DNA of 24,255 nucleotides. Origin: a virus. Its lineage: Duplodnaviria; Caudoviricetes. Location: positions 1 to 24,255 of IMG/VR virus record IMGVR_UViG_3300030095_003304; one strand, given 5' to 3'. This document shows positions 6,507 to 12,752 of the stretch, piece by piece. Position 1 is the first letter of the stretch, and each line of letters opens with the position of its first letter. The notes under the pieces are model-generated. The model saw only the letters and a list, made by a program, of their open reading frames with translations. It had not been told where the DNA came from and ran no database searches. The translations under genes and the position numbers were made by a program.

Positions 6507-7844
6507 ATGCCTACCGTTAAAAATTCACATCCGCACTCACAAGAGTCGGAGACCGTTGTTCTTGCGTCCTGTCTTCTGTCTGAAGATGGTTCCATTTACG
6601 ACGAGGTGTCACAGGTTGTTCAACCTTCTGACTTCTATGTAGCTCGCAACTCCACAATCTTCTCTACTATGGGGCAGATTGTGGGGAAGGGGTTGGAGTT
6701 ATCAGACATCACACTACTGGAACAGCTACGCTCCGATGGCAACGAGAAGGAGATTGGTGGTATCAGCACCATCTATACAATTCAAGAAGCCTGTGAGACA
6801 GCAACCCACGCCAAGTATGCCGCCAACATAGTTAAGGAGAAGTCTAAGCTTCGCCAGACCATCCGTCATTGTAGGCTTGCCATTGAGGAAGCAGAGGAAG
6901 GAGAGGAAGAAGCCGACTCCGTTACGTCTAGGCTAGAAGCCTCCTTACAGTCCCTACAGGACGTTGATGATGGTAAGGGGGACGGGAGTATCAGAACTGC
7001 TGCCGAAGCTCTCAGAGAGGACTACAAGGCTATGGTGAACGGAACCTATGAGGTGTCTGCCATGCCCACTCGCATCGCACAAGTAGATGAGAAACTTAGC
7101 TGTGGTGGCGTAGCCAACGGAGAGGTGATGGTGATTGCCGCGCCTACGTCCTGTGGTAAGACTGCCCTTGCTCTGAACATTGTCTTGCAGAACGCGGTGA
7201 CGCACCACATACCAGGTCTTTACTTCTCCTTTGAGATGCAAGCTAAGTCTTTGGCTAACCGTATGATTCAAACCTGTGCCGCTATACCACTTAAGCGGTT
7301 GCAAGATGGGATGATGAAACCAGAACACCAGAAGCGTGTATGGGAAGCAACGGACAAGATGGCAGAGGCTCCCATCTTCACCAACCACTACGTCAAGAGT
7401 GTGGATGAGTTACGTGCCAAGGCTCGTATGTATAAGCGTAAGCACAAGATTGAGTGGATTGTCATAGACTACCTTCAGCTTGTGCCTTGGGATCGTAAGA
7501 TGAAAAAGAACGACGGCATAGCTGAGGTCTCACACCAAGTGAAACTTATGGCGATGGAGTTGGACGTTCCCGTCTTCCTGCTAGCACAAGTCAATCGTGA
7601 GGGAGCCAAGCGTGAGTCTGGTCTTACATTGTATGACCTCAAGGATTCTGGTGACATTGAAAATGACTCCGACATCATCTTACTTCTGTGGCCTGACGGC
7701 AAGGATGTAGACGAGGCTAGGAGAGCAGACGCAGAGCATGGGTCTTACGTTTCATTGAAGTATAACATAGCCAAGCAGCGTGAAGGTTCGCGTGATGTGA
7801 AAGGTAAGTTCATCTTTAAGAACCACATAGGACGTTTCCATTGA
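6507..7844 (+). CDS. dnaB: Replicative DnaB-family helicase with N-terminal domain
   Basis: PHSQESETVVLASCL N-domain, Walker A APTSCGKT, FSFEM, IVIDYLQL, LAQVNR, DLKDSGDIENDSD, AKQREG. Confidence 0.96.
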   Translation: MPTVKNSHPHSQESETVVLASCLLSEDGSIYDEVSQVVQPSDFYVARNSTIFSTMGQIVGKGLELSDITLLEQLRSDGNEKEIGGISTIYTIQEACETATHAKYAANIVKEKSKLRQTIRHCRLAIEEAEEGEEEADSVTSRLEASLQSLQDVDDGKGDGSIRTAAEALREDYKAMVNGTYEVSAMPTRIAQVDEKLSCGGVANGEVMVIAAPTSCGKTALALNIVLQNAVTHHIPGLYFSFEMQAKSLANRMIQTCAAIPLKRLQDGMMKPEHQKRVWEATDKMAEAPIFTNHYVKSVDELRAKARMYKRKHKIEWIVIDYLQLVPWDRKMKKNDGIAEVSHQVKLMAMELDVPVFLLAQVNREGAKRESGLTLYDLKDSGDIENDSDIILLLWPDGKDVDEARRADAEHGSYVSLKYNIAKQREGSRDVKGKFIFKNHIGRFH

Positions 7845-8026
7845 TGCCGTGTTACAGAATTACATACACTCGTCGAGATATGCCCTCACCCTGTGGTTCT
7901 ATCAAAACAGCACACACCCAAGAAGAAGCAATTAAATGCTTGACTAATGGTAGCAAGACTAAAGGATACAAACTAAAGAAAACGAACGTTCCAATCACAA
8001 TTACTAAGATAACAGAACTAAACTAA
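7844..8026 (+). CDS. Small hypothetical protein (60 aa)
   Basis: TGATG stop/start overlap with dnaB. Confidence 0.7.
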   Translation: MPCYRITYTRRDMPSPCGSIKTAHTQEEAIKCLTNGSKTKGYKLKKTNVPITITKITELN

Positions 8027-8034
8027 AACGACAG

Positions 8035-9180
8035 ATGACATGGCATCACAATCAAACAAACATAAGCTCAACACCTTCCACCTCTTCGCAGGAGCAGGAG
8101 GTGGCATTCTCGCTGACCTCTTACTTGGACACAATCCAATCGGAGCGTGTGAAATTGAACCCTACCCAAGAGATGTTCTCCTCGCCAGACAACGAGACGG
8201 ACACTTGCCAAACTTCCCAATCTGGGACGATGTATGCACCCTCAACGGAACACCCTGGAGAGGATCAGTTGATGTTCTTTGCGGAGGATTCCCCTGCCAA
8301 GACATCAGTGCGGCGGGTAAAGGAGCAGGAATTACTGGAGAGCGTTCAAAGCTATGGAAGGAATATGCGAGACTCATTGGCGAAATGCAACCTAGATTTG
8401 TCTTTGCCGAAAACTCACCTTTGCTTCGCACTAGGGGACTTGGAGTTGTCCTCGAAGACTTGGCCTCGTTGGGGTATAATGCTCGATGGGGAATTATCGG
8501 AGCTAGGTCTGTCGGTGCGCCCCATAAAAGAGACAGGATGTGGGTTCTTGCTTCCGACTCCAGATGCAAGCGAGCGAGGCCCATGCAAGACGTTCAACCC
8601 AAAGGCAAAGAGTCAGTCTGGGAGGACGTTACAAACACTAGCGAGTTGCGATCCGATGGGGAAGATATGGCCTACACCAACTTGCCAAGAGACGGAGCAT
8701 CCAGATGCGACACTGACTCAGACTGGTCGGAGATTATCAAAGAACGGCAGGACGAGTCACAGCTTGAATCTAGCGGATACAGTGAAGAGATGGCCTACGC
8801 CAAGGAGTTGCAGTGCAATGGCAGCAACGATCACACCAGAGTCAGCGCACAATCCCAAGAGATTTCCAAATCTGGAAACGGTGGTAGGTCAAGCAACCTG
8901 GCCTGCTCCTTCTGGCACACAGACCCCGCAAGTATATCTTACACCACAAGCCAACGAAGACGCTGCGGGAACACCAGCAGGGAAGATGCAGAAGATGTTG
9001 GGGAACTCAGAGGTGGTGAGAGGGAAGACCCCAGAGGAATGGAAGAAGGGGACTTTGAACCCCTCGTGGGTCGAGTGGCTAATGGGGTGGCCAATAAGGT
9101 GGACAGACTTAAAGCCATTGGTAACGGACAAGTTCCGCAATGTGCAGCCGTGGCATTCAACATTCTCTCAGAAGGACTAA
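8035..9180 (+). CDS. C5 methyltransferase beta-like chain in an overlapping frame (TRD-like PTP repeats and motif IX); true start may be internal
   Basis: 381 codons open over the other frame; LPTP/WPTP/WPTP/WPAP/LTP repeats; LNPSWVEWLMGWPIRWT resembles motif IX (L-x-P-x-E-x3-L-[QM]-G-F-P-x2-[WY]). Confidence 0.8.
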   Translation: MTWHHNQTNISSTPSTSSQEQEVAFSLTSYLDTIQSERVKLNPTQEMFSSPDNETDTCQTSQSGTMYAPSTEHPGEDQLMFFAEDSPAKTSVRRVKEQELLESVQSYGRNMRDSLAKCNLDLSLPKTHLCFALGDLELSSKTWPRWGIMLDGELSELGLSVRPIKETGCGFLLPTPDASERGPCKTFNPKAKSQSGRTLQTLASCDPMGKIWPTPTCQETEHPDATLTQTGRRLSKNGRTSHSLNLADTVKRWPTPRSCSAMAATITPESAHNPKRFPNLETVVGQATWPAPSGTQTPQVYLTPQANEDAAGTPAGKMQKMLGNSEVVRGKTPEEWKKGTLNPSWVEWLMGWPIRWTDLKPLVTDKFRNVQPWHSTFSQKD

Positions 9181-9185
9181 TCTAA
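8040..9185 (+). CDS. C5 cytosine DNA methyltransferase, alpha-like chain (motifs I-VIII and X)
   Basis: HLFAGAGG (I), CEIEP (II), WDDV (III), GGFPCQDIS (IV), FAENS (VI), PHKRDRMW (VIII), RLKAIGNGQVP (X); motif IX not seen in this frame. Confidence 0.92.
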   Translation: MASQSNKHKLNTFHLFAGAGGGILADLLLGHNPIGACEIEPYPRDVLLARQRDGHLPNFPIWDDVCTLNGTPWRGSVDVLCGGFPCQDISAAGKGAGITGERSKLWKEYARLIGEMQPRFVFAENSPLLRTRGLGVVLEDLASLGYNARWGIIGARSVGAPHKRDRMWVLASDSRCKRARPMQDVQPKGKESVWEDVTNTSELRSDGEDMAYTNLPRDGASRCDTDSDWSEIIKERQDESQLESSGYSEEMAYAKELQCNGSNDHTRVSAQSQEISKSGNGGRSSNLACSFWHTDPASISYTTSQRRRCGNTSREDAEDVGELRGGEREDPRGMEEGDFEPLVGRVANGVANKVDRLKAIGNGQVPQCAAVAFNILSEGLI

Positions 9186-9199
9186 TCACTAAAAGAACT

Positions 9200-9445
9200 A
9201 TGACAACAGACCTAGACGAAGCACGACAATATGCAGACACAATGCTTGAAGCCTTGGACGTAATGGGGAGGGCAATGTATTTTTGCTTGAACCATCCCAA
9301 CTCTTCAGAGTTCAAAGCACACCGCAAACTTCTCATCGGAGCGCACGAACGTATGGGTAAGGACACCACCCACTTTCTAGCACAGATAGACGAGCCAGAC
9401 CTTCCCTACGAGCCAACCGAAGAAGAGTTATCACAGCATGGCTAG
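9200..9445 (+). CDS. Hypothetical protein (81 aa; start revised from 9140)
   Basis: ATG 9200 after an A-rich leader just downstream of the MTase stops. Confidence 0.75.
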   Translation: MTTDLDEARQYADTMLEALDVMGRAMYFCLNHPNSSEFKAHRKLLIGAHERMGKDTTHFLAQIDEPDLPYEPTEEELSQHG

Positions 9446-9890
9446 GGGGGAAATCAATCCAGTCTTAGGCATGACGGAAGGTAAGTTCCGCACCATGATT
9501 AAGTCTGCCCTCAGACCTTGCTGGCGCAACTCGTCCCGCAAGACCTTCATCCAGTCCGTTCGTAAGCGCGGCATCAACCCAGCTACAGGTAGAGAACGCT
9601 TCGTAGTAGTCTGCGTAGACTGCGGCAAGGAGATGGGTATATCAGAGAAGGAGAGGCGCACAAAGATTGACGGAACCCTGGAGAAGCGAGCCAAGAGTGT
9701 GTATGAGATTGACCACGTAGATGGCATCACACCCTTCACAGATGTTCAAACCCTAGAAACTTTAACCCCACACTTCAGAGATATGATCTACGGCAAACAA
9801 GAGGTTGTGTGTGTGGCCTGTCACAAGGTTCGCACAGCCAATCAAAGAAAGACAAAGATAACCCTTGACACACCTAACCAACATCCATAA
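9438..9890 (+). CDS. HNH-like Zn-binding endonuclease
   Basis: CVDC ... EIDHVDG ... VCVACHKVRT pattern. Confidence 0.75.
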   Translation: MARGEINPVLGMTEGKFRTMIKSALRPCWRNSSRKTFIQSVRKRGINPATGRERFVVVCVDCGKEMGISEKERRTKIDGTLEKRAKSVYEIDHVDGITPFTDVQTLETLTPHFRDMIYGKQEVVCVACHKVRTANQRKTKITLDTPNQHP

Positions 9891-9893
9891 AAC
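9865..9893 (+). promoter_or_regulatory. Possible internal promoter for the SSB-like gene
   Basis: TTGACA 9865-9870, 17 bp, TAAAAC. Confidence 0.4.
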
Positions 9894-9924
9894 CTTAACT
9901 AACATCAATAACCAATACAATATT

Positions 9925-10647
9925 ATGAGTAGAACAAGAAACACATCAACTGGGGGTGGCTCGTCCAACCCTGCCACTAAATTCTTAGAGTGGGACACGC
10001 AGTCTGGCGACTGGAAATACTGGGACAAAGAAGCAAGCACAGAGAAGCACCTGCCCATCTCGACAGCTTTCATTGTCTTAGATCAACTCAACACAGTTAA
10101 AGGTTTCTCTGAGGCCAAACAAACTGGTCTATGGTCTAACGAAGTTCGTGGAATCGGTGACAAGCTAACCGTTCGTAACAAGGACGGCATGGTTGCTACT
10201 GGCACATGGTCAGACGTTAAGGCTACGCAAGGAGCCAAGTTCACCAAGTCTATCTATGCTATGGCTAAGACAGGCTCAGAGGACTACGAGCTAATCAACT
10301 TCCAAGTTAAGGGTGCTGCTCTTACAGCCTGGATTGAGTTTGTTGATGGCGTAGGTGGTGACGGCGGTCTATACAACGACACAGTTGTTTCTATCAAGGA
10401 AGCAACAGACGAGAAGAAGGGTGCTGTGAAGTTCAAGAAGCCTCTCTTCGCTGTGGTTAGCAACGCCCTGTCCGACGAAGCTGCCGCACGTGCAGACCAC
10501 TACGACAACGTCCTACAGGACTACCTCGACGACTACCTTGGCTACGCCAAAGAGCCAGACTCAACGGAAGCTGGTAACAGCGGTTCGGATGACTTCGCAT
10601 CTGAGGCAGTTGCACCAGAGCCAGAGTTAGTTGAAGCCCCGTTTTAA
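9925..10647 (+). CDS. Putative single-stranded DNA-binding protein (240 aa; start revised from 9865)
   Basis: Aromatic, beta-rich body and acidic flexible tail ending ELVEAPF; located in the replication module. Confidence 0.65.
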   Translation: MSRTRNTSTGGGSSNPATKFLEWDTQSGDWKYWDKEASTEKHLPISTAFIVLDQLNTVKGFSEAKQTGLWSNEVRGIGDKLTVRNKDGMVATGTWSDVKATQGAKFTKSIYAMAKTGSEDYELINFQVKGAALTAWIEFVDGVGGDGGLYNDTVVSIKEATDEKKGAVKFKKPLFAVVSNALSDEAAARADHYDNVLQDYLDDYLGYAKEPDSTEAGNSGSDDFASEAVAPEPELVEAPF

Positions 10648-10726
10648 TATAGCCAACCCTTGTCCTAACTAAACCCCAAGACGCATGGCGGGGGAGACGC
10701 AACTCTCCCCTGCTTGCCACAATGAT

Positions 10727-11119
10727 ATGACAGAGATCAAAGACACTAATCCAAAAGACAGAGTTGGCATACGCAAAGCCCCAATGTCTGGTCTACCAGC
10801 ACCAGTTCTTATGGAATGTGGCTTGGTTAAATTACACGGAGACTTGAAGTATGGTGCTTACAACTGGCGTGAAGCTGGCGTTAGGGTATCAGTTTATTAC
10901 GACGCTGTATGGCGGCATTTGACCGCTTGGTATGAGGGCGAAGACTTAGACCCAGACTCTGGAGAGCATCACATAGCTCACGCTATGACAGGGCTAGCAG
11001 TCCTTCGTGACTCTCAAATGTTTGGTAACTGCGTTGATGACAGACCAATCTCACATAAACCAGGATGGGTGCAAGACATGAACAAACGTGCCTCCGCAAT
11101 GATTGATAAATCTAAATAA
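10727..11119 (+). CDS. DUF5664-like dATP/dGTP diphosphohydrolase domain protein (start revised from 10685)
   Basis: TNPKDRVG-K-PM, G-x2-KYG-x-YNWR, YYDA-x2-RH, GEDLDPDSGEHHIAHA signature. Confidence 0.82.
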   Translation: MTEIKDTNPKDRVGIRKAPMSGLPAPVLMECGLVKLHGDLKYGAYNWREAGVRVSVYYDAVWRHLTAWYEGEDLDPDSGEHHIAHAMTGLAVLRDSQMFGNCVDDRPISHKPGWVQDMNKRASAMIDKSK

Positions 11120-11121
11120 CT

Positions 11122-11379
11122 ATGAACGACAAAGCACTAACTAAATACCGCCAGGTGACGGGAGCTTGCACCAGATTCATCGAACGCCACCAAGACAAAG
11201 AGCTACTGGAAGACGAAGCCCAGACCCTCATCAATGACAACAAGGTTAGCAGATCGGAAAGCGACTGGCAAGTAATCAAAGACTTTCAAGACGAGTGCCG
11301 CCGCACCGTCTACAAATGCACCAAGAAAGGTTTAATCGAACCAGCCACAGAATACGTTCCAACCCACCCAACACTATGA
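11122..11379 (+). CDS. Hypothetical protein (85 aa)
   Basis: Starts 2 nt after the previous stop. Confidence 0.75.
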   Translation: MNDKALTKYRQVTGACTRFIERHQDKELLEDEAQTLINDNKVSRSESDWQVIKDFQDECRRTVYKCTKKGLIEPATEYVPTHPTL

Positions 11380-11606
11380 ACTACACCTATATGCTCAATA
11401 TGGACAACGAGAAGGCTGAGTCCTGCGATGTTGTCGTCAAGTTTACTGCCAATGATTCATCAGAGTTTGAGGGGTTTACCTCCATCATCTCTGAGCCACC
11501 CCTATACTCCGACGACCTAGCCTACCTAGAAGAGTGGGTGATACAGGGCAGGGAGAGATGGGAACCTACGGGAACCTTTAGCCAGACAAACCGCGAGCGT
11601 ATGTAG
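11376..11606 (+). CDS. Acidic hypothetical protein (76 aa; start revised from 11295)
   Basis: ATGA overlap with the previous stop at 11376-11379. Confidence 0.72.
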   Translation: MNYTYMLNMDNEKAESCDVVVKFTANDSSEFEGFTSIISEPPLYSDDLAYLEEWVIQGRERWEPTGTFSQTNRERM

Positions 11607-11634
11607 CTCACAAACCCAAACCAATACTACTAAT

Positions 11635-12318
11635 ATGCCTAAGAAAAACACAGTCCTTATTATCGGTGACACGCATTGCCCAGCGATGCACAAAGACTAC
11701 ATCAAGTTCTTAAAAAAGATAGAGAAGAAGCACACGTGTAACAGGGTTGTTCACATTGGTGACTTAGTAGATTGGAACTCCATCTCCTACCACGAGAAAG
11801 ACCCATCCATGCCCAGTGCAGAGGATGAGTTTGCGGAGGCATTTAAGCAGGTTAGGAAGCTACACAAAGCCTTTCCATCCGTAGACTACCTAAAGGGTAA
11901 CCATAGTGACCTGCCGTCCCGTAAGGCTAAGACCATTGGCATACCAGAGCATTTGATGAAAGACTTCAAGTCTCTGTGGCAACTAGAAGGTTGGACTATC
12001 CACCCTCGCTACCACGATCTTCTCATTGATGATGTCATCTACCGTCACGGAGACAAGGGTAAGGGTGGACAACAAGCTGCATATAAGAATGCCGTAGCTG
12101 AGTTCAACTCTCTCGTCCAAGGACACCTACACGCACAGGCTGGCCTCGTATATCACGCCAACCAACATGAGTGTGTCTTCGGTATGCAAGTAGGATGTGG
12201 CGTAGAACATGACCACCCGTCTATGAACTACGGAAGAGTGTATGCCGCCAAACCAATCGTTGGCTGTGGTGTTGTCTACAGTTCCAAGGTTGCTTTCTTT
12301 GAACCAATGTTTCTATAA
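11635..12318 (+). CDS. Calcineurin-like metallophosphoesterase
   Basis: All five motifs: GDTH, GDLVD, GNH, HGD, GHLH. Confidence 0.92.
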   Translation: MPKKNTVLIIGDTHCPAMHKDYIKFLKKIEKKHTCNRVVHIGDLVDWNSISYHEKDPSMPSAEDEFAEAFKQVRKLHKAFPSVDYLKGNHSDLPSRKAKTIGIPEHLMKDFKSLWQLEGWTIHPRYHDLLIDDVIYRHGDKGKGGQQAAYKNAVAEFNSLVQGHLHAQAGLVYHANQHECVFGMQVGCGVEHDHPSMNYGRVYAAKPIVGCGVVYSSKVAFFEPMFL

Positions 12319-12320
12319 CT

Positions 12321-12515
12321 ATGATTAAACTTACATACACCAACACAATACCAACCCTCGACACCATTGAACACGCAGAGATTGAGTTTCAATTACCACA
12401 CATGGCAAACTTCACGGAGGCTTGTCGTGGTCTAGCCTACTGCGCTGGGTTTGCACCAGACTCTATCGACGAATACATGATCGACCCACATAAAACAGCC
12501 TACAGGGACGAGTAA
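12321..12515 (+). CDS. Hypothetical protein (64 aa)
   Basis: Tightly packed after the phosphoesterase. Confidence 0.7.
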   Translation: MIKLTYTNTIPTLDTIEHAEIEFQLPHMANFTEACRGLAYCAGFAPDSIDEYMIDPHKTAYRDE

Positions 12516-12596
12516 ATGGAATACCTACCAGAGCCGCACGTCGTAGTAATCTTCATTATGGCGGTAATATTCTTATTAGTTGCAGTAGAACGGTAA
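12516..12596 (+). CDS. Putative 26-aa single-pass membrane microprotein, not in ORF track
   Basis: ATG immediately after the previous TAA; MEYLPEPHVVVIFIMAVIFLLVAVER. Confidence 0.5.
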   Translation: MEYLPEPHVVVIFIMAVIFLLVAVER

Positions 12597-12621
12597 ATAC
12601 CCTCAGTTTTTACTACGTTGC

Positions 12622-12657
12622 GAGCCTCTCAGATGCCCCTGAGGGGCTTTTCTTTTG
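12622..12657 (+). terminator. Rho-independent terminator of the rightward arm
   Basis: GAGCCTCTCAG-atgccc-CTGAGGGGCTT followed by TTCTTTT, in the convergent intergenic gap. Confidence 0.8.
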
Positions 12658-12752
12658 TTCCGAGGGGTAGGGGTAGGGTCTGGGATAGTAAGCCCTTCTA
12701 GGGGGCTTCAGGGCTGATTCCTGGGTCACTCTAATTGAAGTCACAGACCTTC

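Noticed and set aside
8035-9185. Sequencing frameshift, pseudogene or single programmed frameshift explaining the split MTase motifs
   Set aside because: Both frames are open end to end. One chain in canonical motif order would need two shifts, and motif IX overlaps the approach to motif X. A two-chain model fits better.
10727-11119. Z-genome (2-aminoadenine) phage
   Set aside because: No PurZ, DatZ or dedicated polymerase in the window; this domain alone is insufficient.
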